The notes under the pieces were generated by a model. The model was not told where the DNA came from. It made no database searches and worked only from the letters and a program-made list of their open reading frames with translations. Position numbers and translations under genes: made by a program. DNA of 63,819 nt, counting the filler. It is 5 parts of 5 records of this genome, joined end to end, with 100 filler letters (N's around TTAATTAATTAA, not from the genome) between each part and the next. Parts side by side here need not be neighbours in the genome. Positions count along the whole stretch, not along the records: positions 24,740 to 43,792 come from DRR723986_3146; 4 more parts are not named here. The stretch is one strand, 5' to 3'. Below, in pieces: positions 27,393 through 39,060 of this stretch (the first letter of the stretch is position 1; the number at the start of each line of letters is the position of its first letter).

Positions 27393-29591
27393 CTACACCA
27401 CCTCGGTAGGGTCGATATCGATGGACCAACGCAGTTCGCCTCGAGACCGCAGCTGCTCTGCGGCGCTTACCAGGCCGTGGGCCGTGCGCTGGGCTGCACT
27501 CCGGTCCCCCGCCAATACTGTTAGCTGGCAGCGAAACTTGCCGGCCCGCCGGGGGAGGGCTGAGGGCAGCGGGCCGATCAGGGCCACGCCGCCCGGCAGA
27601 GACCCCTGCACCTGACGCCGCAGTTGCTGCAGGAACTGTTCGCCGGCGGCCGCATCAGCACTGTCGCAGCGCACCACCAGCATGTGGCCCGCTGGTGGCA
27701 GGCCCGCCTGCACACGGCTCGCCAGCAGCGCGCGCGCCTGCTCGCCGTAACTGTGATGCAGGATGGATTGCAAGCTCGGGTGGTCGGGGTGGTGGGTTTG
27801 CAGCAGTACCTGGCCCGACAGGCCCTCGCGCCCGGCGCGCCCCGCCACCTGGGTGAGCAGCTGGGCCATGCGCTCCTCGCCGCGAAAATCGGCGCTGAAC
27901 AGCAGTGCGTCGGCATCCAGTACGCCGACCAGGGCTACGCCGGGGAAGTGGTGTCCTTTGGTAAGCATCTGGGTACCCAGCAGGATGCAGGGCTTGCCGG
28001 TCTGAACTTCTTCGATCAGCGCCGGCATTGCCCCTGCGCCCGTCATGCTGTCACTGTCGACCCGGTATGTTGGCCAGGCGGGCAGGAGCTGGCGCAGGAC
28101 GTCTTCCGCCTGTTCGGTACCAAGGCCGTTGGTCAGCAGACGGTCGCCGCGGCAGTGCGGGCACTGGGCCGGCATCGGGCGCGCAGCGCTGCAGTGATGG
28201 CAGCGCAGCCGCCGTTGCCGGCGGTGGACCGTGAGCCGGGCGTCACAGTTGCTGCAGTCGGCATTCCAGCCGCAGTCATGGCACTGCAGGGTCGGCGCGT
28301 AGCCGCGCCGGTTGAGGAACAACAGCACCTGGCCACCGCCCTCCAGCACCGAGCGCACGGTCGTCAGCAGCCTGGCCGACAGCCCGCCCTGCAGCGCCTG
28401 GCGACGCACGTCGAGGGCTTCCATGGTCGGCATGCGTGCGGCGCCGGCCCGCTGTGGCAGTAAGTGATGGCCGTAGCGTCCGGCAAGGGCATTGTGCAGG
28501 CTCTCCAGCGAGGGTGTTGCGCTACCCAGCAGCACCGGGCACTGGTTGAGTTGGCCGCGCTTTACCGCCACGTCCCGCGCGTTGTACCTGAAACCATCCT
28601 GCTGCTTGAAAGAGCCGTCATGCTCCTCGTCGACCACGATCAGCCCGGGGCGCGCCAGCGGGGTAAAAATAGCGGAGCGGGTGCCGAGCACGATATCTGC
28701 GTGACCCAGCCGCGCCTGGTTCCAGGCAAGCTCCCGTTCCCGGTCCGACAGGCCCGAGTGCAGTACCTCGATGCGGGCATTGAAGCGGGTGCGAAAGCGC
28801 TCCAGGGTCTGGGGAGTCAGGCCGATCTCGGGGATCAGCACCAGCGCCTGTTGGCCGCGCTCCAGGCAAGAGGCAATTAACTGCAGGTAGACCTCGGTTT
28901 TGCCGCTACCGGTGACGCCCTCCAGCAGGTGGCAGCTGAATGAGCCCAGCGCCTGCTCGAGTTCGGTCACCACGGTCGTCTGTTCTGGGTTCAGGCGCAG
29001 GCCCTGTCCCCATGACGGTGTCCCCGCTTGCGGCTCCAGGGTGCAGCGCTCGACCAGTTGTTTCTGCTCCAGGGCTCGGAGGATGCTCTTGCTGATCCCG
29101 TCCTCGGCCAGGCGCTGGGCCGGAATCCCGTTCCCTTCCTGAAGCAACAGCAGGGCGGCAGCCTGTTTCGGTGAGCGGGCCAGAGCGCCCTCCGGCAAGC
29201 CCTTGCCGCGGTCGCTCAGGCGCCAGCCGGGTTCGCCGGGTTCCGTGGGCAGGCCGCCCTTGCGCAGTTTTGCCGGGAAGCCGGCGAGGAAGACCTCGCC
29301 CGGTGGGTGGTGGTAATAGGATGCAGCCCAGCGGCACAGCTCGAACAGGTCGGGCGGTAGCAGTGCTTCGGGGTCGAGTATTTCCAGCGCTGCCTTCAGC
29401 TGGTGCCGGGGCCGTTCGCCCTCGTCAATAACCGCAACCAACACAGCAATGACCTCGCGCGAGCCGAAGGGCACGCGGATGCGTGCACCGGCTTGCAGCT
29501 TGCTGCAGTCGGCTGGGCTGGTACCGGGGGGTGGCAGGTAGTCGAACAGCTTGCGCAGTGGCGACGGTACCGCCAGGCGGAGTACGGACAT
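27393..29591 (-). CDS. priA: Primosomal protein N' (PriA helicase)
   Basis: GVTGSGKTEVY, DEEHD, LNRRGY, four CxxC pairs, QVAGRAGR, IDIDP. Start at ATG 29591 after GAGG. Confidence 0.96.
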   Translation of the reverse strand: MSVLRLAVPSPLRKLFDYLPPPGTSPADCSKLQAGARIRVPFGSREVIAVLVAVIDEGERPRHQLKAALEILDPEALLPPDLFELCRWAASYYHHPPGEVFLAGFPAKLRKGGLPTEPGEPGWRLSDRGKGLPEGALARSPKQAAALLLLQEGNGIPAQRLAEDGISKSILRALEQKQLVERCTLEPQAGTPSWGQGLRLNPEQTTVVTELEQALGSFSCHLLEGVTGSGKTEVYLQLIASCLERGQQALVLIPEIGLTPQTLERFRTRFNARIEVLHSGLSDRERELAWNQARLGHADIVLGTRSAIFTPLARPGLIVVDEEHDGSFKQQDGFRYNARDVAVKRGQLNQCPVLLGSATPSLESLHNALAGRYGHHLLPQRAGAARMPTMEALDVRRQALQGGLSARLLTTVRSVLEGGGQVLLFLNRRGYAPTLQCHDCGWNADCSNCDARLTVHRRQRRLRCHHCSAARPMPAQCPHCRGDRLLTNGLGTEQAEDVLRQLLPAWPTYRVDSDSMTGAGAMPALIEEVQTGKPCILLGTQMLTKGHHFPGVALVGVLDADALLFSADFRGEERMAQLLTQVAGRAGREGLSGQVLLQTHHPDHPSLQSILHHSYGEQARALLASRVQAGLPPAGHMLVVRCDSADAAAGEQFLQQLRRQVQGSLPGGVALIGPLPSALPRRAGKFRCQLTVLAGDRSAAQRTAHGLVSAAEQLRSRGELRWSIDIDPTEVV

Positions 29592-29652
29592 GTCGCCTCG
29601 GACAGGGCTCTCGGGGTCTGGGAGCGGCATTGTAGCAAAAGAAAATTTAGGC

Positions 29653-29687
29653 TTGCGCTGGCCGCTTTGTCTGGTAAGATGCCCGCC
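29653..29687 (+). promoter_or_regulatory. Sigma70 promoter of rpmE with extended -10 and GC-rich discriminator
   Basis: TTGCGC-N16-TAAGAT, the -10 preceded by TGn and followed by GCCCGCC. Confidence 0.6.
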
Positions 29688-29703
29688 TATTTTTTGACCG
29701 GTC

Positions 29704-29770
29704 GGTGCGGTTTGAGCCCTTCCGGCTCCGGCATCAGGTGCGGTGCCTGGCAGAGACCAGGTGGCGGCAT
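29704..29770 (+). ncRNA. Structured rpmE 5' UTR, candidate L31 autoregulatory leader
   Basis: Two stem-loops between promoter and RBS: GAGCC-CTTCC-GGCTC, and GTGC..GCCTGG-CAGAGA-CCAGGT..GCAT with an internal loop. Confidence 0.45.
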
Positions 29771-29788
29771 CACTAACAGGAGCAAGCC

Positions 29789-30004
29789 ATGAAAGCTGAT
29801 ATTCACCCCAAGTACGAAGCCGTCACTGCAACCTGCAGTTGTGGTAACACCGTGCAAACCCGTTCCACCATGTGCGAGGACTTCCTCATCGACGTCTGCT
29901 CACAGTGCCACCCGTTCTTTACCGGGAAGCAGAAGATCGTCGACAGCGGCGGTCGTGTGGATCGCTTCAAGAAGCGTTTCGGCAGCCGCGGCGCCAAGCG
30001 TTAG
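29789..30004 (+). CDS. rpmE: 50S ribosomal protein L31 (Zn-binding, C+ form)
   Basis: MKADIHPKY...CSCG...[23 protein letters not shown]. Confidence 0.97.
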   Translation: MKADIHPKYEAVTATCSCGNTVQTRSTMCEDFLIDVCSQCHPFFTGKQKIVDSGGRVDRFKKRFGSRGAKR

Positions 30005-30047
30005 GATTCGGAGATTTCTTCCCGGGGGCATCTCGGGAAGTACGCAG

Positions 30048-30077
30048 AAGCGCCGTCACTGTACGGCGCTTTTTTTT
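30048..30077 (+). terminator. Intrinsic terminator after rpmE
   Basis: AAGCGCCGT-CACTGT-ACGGCGCTT followed by a T-tract. Confidence 0.85.
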
Positions 30078-30187
30078 GGCCAGCGTACGGATCGGTTCGC
30101 TACCGGTACATAGCTTGTTACTGAACAGCCTTTTCGCTATTCTTCTGGCCCTTTTCCAAACCGCTCGATTCCCAAACGGTGTCCCCA

Positions 30188-31444
30188 ATGGCAACTGATC
30201 TGAAACAGGCCTCACTGGACTATCACTCCTTGCCGACGCCCGGCAAGATCAGCGTGGAATTGAGTAAGCCCGCCGAGACCCAGCGTGACCTCTCCCTTGC
30301 CTATAGCCCCGGTGTGGCCGAGCCCTGTCGGGAAATTGCCCGTGACCCCGCCGAGGCCTACCGTTATACCGGTAAGGGCAACCTGGTGGCAGTCATCAGC
30401 AACGGTACCGCCGTCCTCGGGTTGGGCAACCTCGGTGCGCTGGCCAGCAAGCCAGTGATGGAGGGCAAGGCACTCCTGTTCAAGCGCTTTGCCAACATCA
30501 ATTCCATCGATATCGAGGTCGATACCGAGGATGCGGAACAGTTCATCAACACCGTAGCGCTGATCGCCGACAGCTTCGGCGGCATCAATCTCGAAGATAT
30601 CAAGGCGCCAGAGTGCTTTGAAATTGAAGCAGCGCTGACCGAGCGCTGCAGCATCCCCATTTTCCATGACGACCAGCACGGTACCGCGATCGTTACCGCC
30701 GCCGGCTTGCTCAATGCGCTGGAAATCCAGGGCAAGCGCCTTGAAGATGCGGTCATTGCCTGTCTCGGCGCCGGTTCGGCGGCTATCGCCTGTATGCGCC
30801 TGCTGGTCGGCCTCGGCGCCCGTCGTGAAAACATCTATATGCTCGACCGCCGTGGCGTCATCTACGCCGGCCGAGAAGGCGTCAACGCCTACAAGCAGGA
30901 GTTTGCCAATCATACCGACAAGCGTAGCCTGACCGATGCGGTTAACGGCGCTGATGTGTTCATTGGCCTGTCGGGCGCTAATCTGCTGAGCCGGGAGATG
31001 CTGCTGTCGATGGCTGATCGCCCGGTGGTATTTGCCTGCTCCAACCCCGATCCGGAGATCGAGCCGGAAGTAGCCCTGGCCACCCGCGATGACCTGATTA
31101 TCGCGACCGGTCGTTCCGACTACCCGAACCAGGTTAACAACGTGCTGGGCTTTCCCTTTATTTTCCGCGGCGCCCTCGATGTGCGGGCCACGCGGATCAA
31201 TGAGGAGATGAAGATTGCCGCGGTGAAGGCGCTGTGCGAACTGGCACGAGAGCCGGTCCCCCAGGGCGTGCTCGATGCCTGCGGTGAAACCAGCCTGGTG
31301 TTCGGCCCCAATTACATCATGCCCAAGCCGATGGATCCGCGCCTGCTGTCACGGCTGGCCCCGGCAGTTGCCGCGGCGGCGGTGGCGAGCGGGGTTGCAG
31401 GCAATGAACCGCCGGCAGACTACGCCGCGCGGCTCGGTGGCTGA
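30188..31444 (+). CDS. maeB: Malic enzyme (short form, no phosphotransacetylase-like domain)
   Basis: LSLAYSPGVA, SKPVMEGK, NLEDI, FHDDQHGT, ATGRSDYPNQVNN; about 418 aa. Confidence 0.9.
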   Translation: MATDLKQASLDYHSLPTPGKISVELSKPAETQRDLSLAYSPGVAEPCREIARDPAEAYRYTGKGNLVAVISNGTAVLGLGNLGALASKPVMEGKALLFKRFANINSIDIEVDTEDAEQFINTVALIADSFGGINLEDIKAPECFEIEAALTERCSIPIFHDDQHGTAIVTAAGLLNALEIQGKRLEDAVIACLGAGSAAIACMRLLVGLGARRENIYMLDRRGVIYAGREGVNAYKQEFANHTDKRSLTDAVNGADVFIGLSGANLLSREMLLSMADRPVVFACSNPDPEIEPEVALATRDDLIIATGRSDYPNQVNNVLGFPFIFRGALDVRATRINEEMKIAAVKALCELAREPVPQGVLDACGETSLVFGPNYIMPKPMDPRLLSRLAPAVAAAAVASGVAGNEPPADYAARLGG

Positions 31445-31450
31445 TCCGGG

Positions 31451-33898
31451 CTAGAAGATATCTTTCACCAGGTCGTCGGTGCCGCGTGACAGCGATCCGG
31501 GACCTTCCTCCTGCGCCCCCCGGGTCGGCACATGCTCTTCCCGGAAGTACTCGAAGATCGCATTGCGCTGCCCGGTGACGGCCAATAGACCGGTATCCGG
31601 ATCGATCCGCACATTGACGATGCCGGGCGGCAGCGGCCGCTCCACGTCCGGGCTGTCGCGCAGCGCCTCACGCATATAGTCGATCCAGATCGGAAGCGCG
31701 GCGGTGCCGCCGAACTCGCGTCTACCCAGCGGCGTATAGTTATCGAAGCCGACCCAGGTGGTGGTGATAACGTCCCGGTTGTAGCCAGAGAACCAGGCGT
31801 CCATGGGGCCGTTGGTTGTTCCCGTTTTGCCGGCGAGATCCGCCCGCTCCAGCACCAGTGCGCGCCGCCCGGTGCCGCGGGTGATGACATCCTGGAGGAT
31901 GCTGTCGAGGATGAAGTTGACCCGCGCATCCATGATGCGTGGTGCCCTCGGCAGGGCGTTTTCCCGCTGCTCAGCTCGCGCCAGGATTTCCTCCATGCTC
32001 AGTTCTTCGCCTGGCCCTGGCGCGGCTGCTGGCTCGACCTCGCACTCGCGGCAGACGGTTGCCGGGCGTGCCTCAAATACCGTGTCGCCGGCGTTGTCGG
32101 CAATGCGCTCGATGAGAAACGCGTTCACGGCATAGCCGCCGTTGGCCAGCGCGGCATAGGCGGTAGCGACGTCCAGGGGGCTCATGACGTGGGTGCCGAG
32201 AGCCAGCGACAGGTCATGGGCAAACTCGGCGGTGTTAAAGCCGAAGCGCTCCGCGTAGCTGATCAGTCTTTCGGTACCCAGCTGCTGCAGGAGCCTGATT
32301 GAGACCAGGTTGCGCGACTTGGTCAGCGCCCAGCGCAGGCGGGTCGGCCCGTGGAATTCGCCGCCGTCGTTCTCCGGGCGCCAGATGCCTTCCAGCGAGC
32401 TGTCCTCCAGAACTACCGGTGCATCATTAATGATGCTGGCGGCGGTGAAGCCCGCATCCAGGGCCGCAGCGTAGAGGAAGGGTTTGAAGTTGGATCCCGG
32501 CTGGCGCTGGGCCTGGGTGGCCCGGTTGAACTTGCTCAATTCAAAACCCATGCCGCCGACGATGCTGCGAATGGCGCCGTTATCCGGATCCAGGGAAACC
32601 AGCGCAGCCTGTGCGGCCGGGACCTGGGCCAGATGCCATTCGCCGTCTTCTTCCTGGCTTACCCGGATCAGGTCACCGACGGCCACGACATCCGCGGGTG
32701 TTTTCGGTGCCCGGCCGCGGCTATTCTCGGTGAGGTAGCGACTGGCCTGCCGCAGGCCGTTCTCCCACCACAGGTCCCGCTCGCTGCCGTCGGCCAACAG
32801 CACCCTTATCGACTCGTCGCCGACCGCGCTGACAATCGCCGGCGGCAGGCCGGCAATCACTGGCATTTCCGCCAGGGCATCACGCCATTGGGGCAGGCTG
32901 GGCTCCGGGGAATTTGGATCCTCCGGCGGCAGCTGGCGCTCCGGGCCCCGGAAGCCGTGGCGTTTGTCGTAAGTAATCAGGCCATCGATGACCGAGCGCT
33001 GCGCCACCTGTTGCAGTGTGCTGCTGATGGTGGTGTAGACGTTGAAACCGTCGGTATAGGCCGCCATGCCATAGCGCTCAAGCATTTCCTGGCGCGCCAT
33101 CTCGGCGGCATAGTGCGCGGAAAAGGCGAGCTGGGCCCCGTGGTGGCGCGCGGTGACGGGTTCGGTCGCTGCGGCGGCATAGGCGGGCTGGTCGATATAG
33201 CCAAGGTCCAGCATGCGGCGAAGAATCCAGTTGCGCCGATCGAGGCCGGCCTCGGGGCCGCTGATCGGGTTATTTCTCGACGGTGCCTTTGGAATCCCCG
33301 CGAGCATGGCGTGCTGGGCCAGGTTCAGCTCGCTGATCGAACTGCCGTAGTAAACCTGGGCAGCGGCTTCGAAGCCGTAGGACCGGTGGCCGAGGAACAC
33401 GCGGTTGAAATACAGCTCAAAGATTTCCTCCTTGTCCAAAGCGCGCTCGATTTCGATCGCCAGCAGTATCTCGTTGAACTTGCGCATGAAAGTTCGCTCG
33501 AGGCTGAGGAAGTAGTTGCGGGCAACCTGCATGGTCAGGGTACTGCCGCCGGAGCCTTTTTCCCCGGTGAGCACCAACTCGGATACCGCGCGCATCAGGC
33601 CCATCACGTCGATGCCGCGGTGGCGAAAGAAACTGTCGTCCTCTGCGGCCAGCAATGCCTGCACGAACTGGGGTGGGATCTCGGCGAAGGGCAGTGGTGT
33701 GCGCTTCTGCTCGCCAAACTGGCCGATCAGGTCGCCTTCCCGTGTGTAAACACGCATCGGCGTCTGCAGGCGAACGTCCCGCAGCGTTTCCACATCAGGC
33801 AGGCCAGGGCTGAGGTACAGGTAGACACCGGCCAGCAGCCAGAGCCCGCCAAGCGCGCCCAGCAGGCCCATTCGCAGAAGAAAACGCAGGAATCTCAA
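31451..33898 (-). CDS. mrcA: Penicillin-binding protein 1A
   Basis: Transglycosylase AAEDDSF and GGSTLTMQ; transpeptidase GSNFK, SRN, KTGT; divergent from pilM. Confidence 0.95.
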   Translation of the reverse strand: MRFLRFLLRMGLLGALGGLWLLAGVYLYLSPGLPDVETLRDVRLQTPMRVYTREGDLIGQFGEQKRTPLPFAEIPPQFVQALLAAEDDSFFRHRGIDVMGLMRAVSELVLTGEKGSGGSTLTMQVARNYFLSLERTFMRKFNEILLAIEIERALDKEEIFELYFNRVFLGHRSYGFEAAAQVYYGSSISELNLAQHAMLAGIPKAPSRNNPISGPEAGLDRRNWILRRMLDLGYIDQPAYAAAATEPVTARHHGAQLAFSAHYAAEMARQEMLERYGMAAYTDGFNVYTTISSTLQQVAQRSVIDGLITYDKRHGFRGPERQLPPEDPNSPEPSLPQWRDALAEMPVIAGLPPAIVSAVGDESIRVLLADGSERDLWWENGLRQASRYLTENSRGRAPKTPADVVAVGDLIRVSQEEDGEWHLAQVPAAQAALVSLDPDNGAIRSIVGGMGFELSKFNRATQAQRQPGSNFKPFLYAAALDAGFTAASIINDAPVVLEDSSLEGIWRPENDGGEFHGPTRLRWALTKSRNLVSIRLLQQLGTERLISYAERFGFNTAEFAHDLSLALGTHVMSPLDVATAYAALANGGYAVNAFLIERIADNAGDTVFEARPATVCRECEVEPAAAPGPGEELSMEEILARAEQRENALPRAPRIMDARVNFILDSILQDVITRGTGRRALVLERADLAGKTGTTNGPMDAWFSGYNRDVITTTWVGFDNYTPLGRREFGGTAALPIWIDYMREALRDSPDVERPLPPGIVNVRIDPDTGLLAVTGQRNAIFEYFREEHVPTRGAQEEGPGSLSRGTDDLVKDIF

Positions 33899-34065
33899 GT
33901 TATCCCTTTACAAAACAGTGGCTTGTATTACCTTGGAGAGGTAGGGGAGCGATGCATTTGGTAATTATATGCTTTTTTTGCCTTTTGGTTGCATAAATGG
34001 CTATGTTATACCTTAATATTAATGTATCGGTGTATAAAAAAAACCTAAGCTAGTGATACATATAG

Positions 34066-35138
<1,073 letters not shown>

Positions 35139-35139
<1 letters not shown>

Positions 35140-35708
35140 TGGCACGCATTAACCTGCTCCCCTGGCGCGATGAGCGTCGCCAGGAACAGCGCAAGGAGTT
35201 CCTCACCATTCTCGCGATAGTGGTGATATTCGGGTTCGCGCTCGTGCTGCTCGCGGACCGGGTAGTCAACGGCCAGATAGAGAACCAGATCGCGCGCAAC
35301 CAGTACCTGACGGAAAACATCAAGGAACTGGACAAGATGGTCGCCGAAATCAAGGATCTGCAAAAGCGCCGCAACCAGTTGATTGAGCGGATGCGGGTTA
35401 TTCAGGAACTGCAGGGCAACCGGCCGATTATCGTACGGGTACTGGACCAGTTGGTGCGCACGGTGCCGGACGGGGTGTTTTACACCAACCTGAACAGCGC
35501 GTCGGGAACGATTTCGATCCAGGGCGTCGCGGAATCCAACAACCGGGTGTCCAGCCTGATGCGTCGCCTGGACGCCTCCGACTGGCTGGAAAATCCCAAT
35601 CTCGACAAGGTAAGTGCCGCAACCGCCTACGGCGACCAGGCGACGACCTTCAACCTGTCGGTGAAGGTCCAGTTACCGAAAACCGATGACACCGGGGCGG
35701 AGGGCTGA
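35139..35708 (+). CDS. pilN: Type IV pilus assembly protein PilN
   Basis: MARINLLPWR motif, TM helix, coiled coil. Confidence 0.95.
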
Positions 35709-35711
35709 ACC

Positions 35712-36329
35712 ATGGCATGGCAGGATTCGCTTCGCTCACTCAATGAACTGGATCTCAGCGATCTCAGTCTGGACAACCTGGGGACCTGGCCGGGGCCAAT
35801 CAAGTTCCTGCTCTGCCTGGTCTTGCTGGTCGGTGTCGTTGTCGGGGGCTATTACTACCATATTGAAGGCCTGCAGCTGGAACTGGCCAAGGTCGAGGCG
35901 GAAGAAGTGAAACTCCGGGAGGACTTTGAGAAAAAAGCCTTCCAGGCAGCCAATCTTGACGCCTACCGCCGGCAGATGGTGGAGATGGAGGAGTCCTTCG
36001 GTGCCCTCGTCAGCCAATTGCCCAGCGACACCGAAGTGCCGGGGCTGCTGGAGGACATCACCAACAAGGGGCTGCTTAACGGCCTGGAAATTGCCAGCAT
36101 TGATCTGCAGGCTGAACAGAGCCGGGAATTTTACGTGGAACTGCCGATCGCGATTGTCGCATCGGGCTCCTACCACGACCTGGGAGCCTTTATCAGTGGG
36201 ATGGCGGGCCTGCCGCGGATCGTCACCTTGCACAATTTTGTGATCTCAGCGCCAGGCGCCAATACCAATAAGCTGAATATGAGCATTACCGCCAAGACCT
36301 ATCGCTACAAGGACGGGGAGGGGCAGTGA
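35712..36329 (+). CDS. pilO: Type IV pilus assembly protein PilO
   Basis: QLPSDTEVPGLLEDI, FYVELPI, LPRIVTL, AKTYRY. Confidence 0.95.
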   Translation: MAWQDSLRSLNELDLSDLSLDNLGTWPGPIKFLLCLVLLVGVVVGGYYYHIEGLQLELAKVEAEEVKLREDFEKKAFQAANLDAYRRQMVEMEESFGALVSQLPSDTEVPGLLEDITNKGLLNGLEIASIDLQAEQSREFYVELPIAIVASGSYHDLGAFISGMAGLPRIVTLHNFVISAPGANTNKLNMSITAKTYRYKDGEGQ

Positions 36330-36862
36330 TGATGAGAACGATTCGATTGCTCACCCTGCTCGGTGTCAGCGCCCTGACCCTGTCCGCTTGCGGCGGGCGG
36401 GACTTCTCCGACCTGGATGCGTTCATGGCGGAAAAGCGGGCCCGGCCAGGGGGCATTATCGCGCCGATTCCGACCTTCAAGGCCTACGAGGCTTTCGCTT
36501 ACAGCGCAACCCAGTTACGCAGTCCCTTCGACCGCCCGATTGAGGTACGCGAGATTACCCAGTTGCAGGCAATCAGTGCGATCAAGCCGGATGATGACCG
36601 GGCCAAGGAGTTTCTCGAGCAGTTCACGTTTGATTCCCTGGCAATGGTGGGAACCCTGGAGCGCGGCGGTACGGAGTGGAGCCTGATCCGGGATCCGGAG
36701 GGCGGTATCCACCGGGTGATGCTGGGCAATTACCTGGGCCGCAATCACGGCAAGATCGTCGAGATGACGGATAATTATGTCGCTGTAGTGGAAATTGTCA
36801 GTGACGGTACCGAGGCCGGCTGGGTAGAGCGGCCCCGGACAATTGAATTGAGCGGCATATAA
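36329..36862 (+). CDS. pilP: Type IV pilus lipoprotein PilP
   Basis: Lipobox LSAC; RSPF; KEFLE.F; GNYLGRNHGKI; WVER. Confidence 0.94.
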   Translation: MMRTIRLLTLLGVSALTLSACGGRDFSDLDAFMAEKRARPGGIIAPIPTFKAYEAFAYSATQLRSPFDRPIEVREITQLQAISAIKPDDDRAKEFLEQFTFDSLAMVGTLERGGTEWSLIRDPEGGIHRVMLGNYLGRNHGKIVEMTDNYVAVVEIVSDGTEAGWVERPRTIELSGI

Positions 36863-36880
36863 GCCGAGTTGGTGACAGCC

Positions 36881-39043
36881 ATGGTGAGAATAACAGCGAA
36901 TCTGGGGGCAAATGGCGTGAGCAGGGAAGGGCGATCTTATTTTCGGCAGCTGCAGGGGCTGGCGGTAACGCTGGTGCTGGCCACCATTGCGTCGGTGGCC
37001 CAGGCGGCGCCGTCGATTACCGACATCCAGTTCAGCTCGCGTCCGGGCAGCAAGTTCGAGGTGCGGCTCGATTTCAATGAGGCACCACCGGCGGACCTGC
37101 GGGCCTACACCATCGAGAAGCCGGCGCGCATTGCAATCGACTTCCCCGGCACCAGCAGCAGCCTCGACCAGAAGCGTTATTCCCTGCCCTATGGCAATGC
37201 CACCGGCGTACTGGTACTCGAGTCCGGTGACCGCACCCGGCTGGTGATGAACCTGGTCAAGCTGGTTCCCTACGAGACCCGCATTGACGGCAACAGCATG
37301 TTCCTGGTCGTGGGCCAGGATGCCAGCGAGGAATACGTCAAGGTCACGACTGATCCCCATCGCGTCGCGACCTCGGTCGAGCCGGTAGCGGATGTGCAGT
37401 CCGAGATCAGCGACCTGCAGTTCCAGCGTACCGGTGATGGCGAGGGCCGATTGACCTTGCAACTGACCAACCCCTCTGTCGATGTGAACGTGTTCAGCGA
37501 GCGCGGCAATGTGACCGTGCAGTTCCTCGATACCACGGTGCCGGAGCGCCTGCTGCGTCGCTATGACGTGACCGACTTCGCTACCCCGGTGAACTCGGTG
37601 GACGTCAACACGACCGAGCGCGGTGCGACCCTGACCCTGAAGACCTCGGGCGAATTTGATTACCTGGCCTACCAGACCAACAACGAGTACGTGTTGAGCG
37701 TGAAGCCGCTGAGCGCGCGGGAAGCCGAGGAACGGCGCAACGAATTCACCTATGTGGGTGAGCGCATCTCCCTGAACTTCCAGGACATTGAAGTACGTGC
37801 GGTACTGCAGCTCATCGCCGACTTCACCGAACTCAACCTGGTGGCCTCGGACACGGTTTCCGGGCGCATTACCTTGCGTCTGCAGAACGTGCCATGGGAC
37901 CAGGCGCTTGATCTGGTGTTGAAAACCAAGGGCCTGGACAAGCGTCAGATCGGCAACGTGCTGATGGTTGCGCCGGCGGCAGAAATTGCCGAGCGCGAGC
38001 GCCAGGAGATAGAAGCCAACCGGCAGATTGCCGAGCTGGCGCCGCTGCAGTCCGAGTTTATCCGGATCCGCTACGCCAATGCCGCCGATGTGGTCGGCCT
38101 GTTCCAGGCTGGCTCGGAAGAGGGCGGCACCCTGATCTCCGAGCGTGGGTCGGTGATTGTCGATACCCGCACCAATTCACTGATCGTTACCGACACAGCG
38201 AAGAAGCTGGCCGAGATCCGTGACCTGATCGAGCTGGTGGATATCCCGATTCGCCAGGTGATGATCGAGGCACGGATTGTTATCGCCCAGTCAGACTTCG
38301 AGCGCGAGCTCGGTATCGAGTGGGGCGGTGGTTATATCGACCCCGATCTCAACGGCAATATCCTGTCGGTGTCCGGTGATACGACGAACGCCGCCGGCCT
38401 GAACAACGCCATCATCGGCGGTGAAACCCCCAGTGTGAGTTACCCCGGCGCCCTGCTGGTTGACCTCGGCGTTTCCTCCGCCACCAGTGGCTTCGCGGTT
38501 GGCTTTACCTCGAACGACCTGTTCCTCACCGCGGAGCTGTCCGCGCTGGAGGCCGCCGGTTCCGGTGAGGTTGTTTCCCAGCCCAAGGTAATCACCGGCG
38601 ACAAGCAGCAGGCGACCATCAAGTCAGGTACCGAGGTGCCGTACCAGGAAGGCTCCCTGAGCGGGCAGAACACCACCTCGTTCAAGGAAGCGGTGCTGCA
38701 GCTCGACGTCACCCCGAACATTACCCCGGACGATCGCATCCTGTTGGACCTGACGGTAACCCAGGACTCGGTGGGCGATCTGGTACCCAGCGGCCAGGGT
38801 GGCTTCATTCCCTCGATCGACACCACCGAGCTGACGACCCAGGTGCTGGTCGGCAACGGCGAGACCGTGGTTCTGGGAGGCGTGTTCAAGACCGAGGATA
38901 TCGAGCGGATCAGCAAGGTGCCGTTCTTCGGTGACATTCCCTATGTCGGCGCCCTGTTCCGCAATGAGTCGCGGGATCGCACCAAGACCGAAACCCTGAT
39001 CTTCATCACCCCGCGGATTCTCGCGGATACCCTTCTCGACTAG
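36881..39043 (+). CDS. pilQ: Type IV pilus secretin PilQ
   Basis: AMIN domains, ISLNFQDI, NVPWDQAL, QVMIEARIV, VPFFGDIPYVGALF, LIFITPRI. Start uncertain. Confidence 0.95.
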   Translation: MVRITANLGANGVSREGRSYFRQLQGLAVTLVLATIASVAQAAPSITDIQFSSRPGSKFEVRLDFNEAPPADLRAYTIEKPARIAIDFPGTSSSLDQKRYSLPYGNATGVLVLESGDRTRLVMNLVKLVPYETRIDGNSMFLVVGQDASEEYVKVTTDPHRVATSVEPVADVQSEISDLQFQRTGDGEGRLTLQLTNPSVDVNVFSERGNVTVQFLDTTVPERLLRRYDVTDFATPVNSVDVNTTERGATLTLKTSGEFDYLAYQTNNEYVLSVKPLSAREAEERRNEFTYVGERISLNFQDIEVRAVLQLIADFTELNLVASDTVSGRITLRLQNVPWDQALDLVLKTKGLDKRQIGNVLMVAPAAEIAERERQEIEANRQIAELAPLQSEFIRIRYANAADVVGLFQAGSEEGGTLISERGSVIVDTRTNSLIVTDTAKKLAEIRDLIELVDIPIRQVMIEARIVIAQSDFERELGIEWGGGYIDPDLNGNILSVSGDTTNAAGLNNAIIGGETPSVSYPGALLVDLGVSSATSGFAVGFTSNDLFLTAELSALEAAGSGEVVSQPKVITGDKQQATIKSGTEVPYQEGSLSGQNTTSFKEAVLQLDVTPNITPDDRILLDLTVTQDSVGDLVPSGQGGFIPSIDTTELTTQVLVGNGETVVLGGVFKTEDIERISKVPFFGDIPYVGALFRNESRDRTKTETLIFITPRILADTLLD

Positions 39044-39060
39044 GGTTTGCCTCGCCACTG

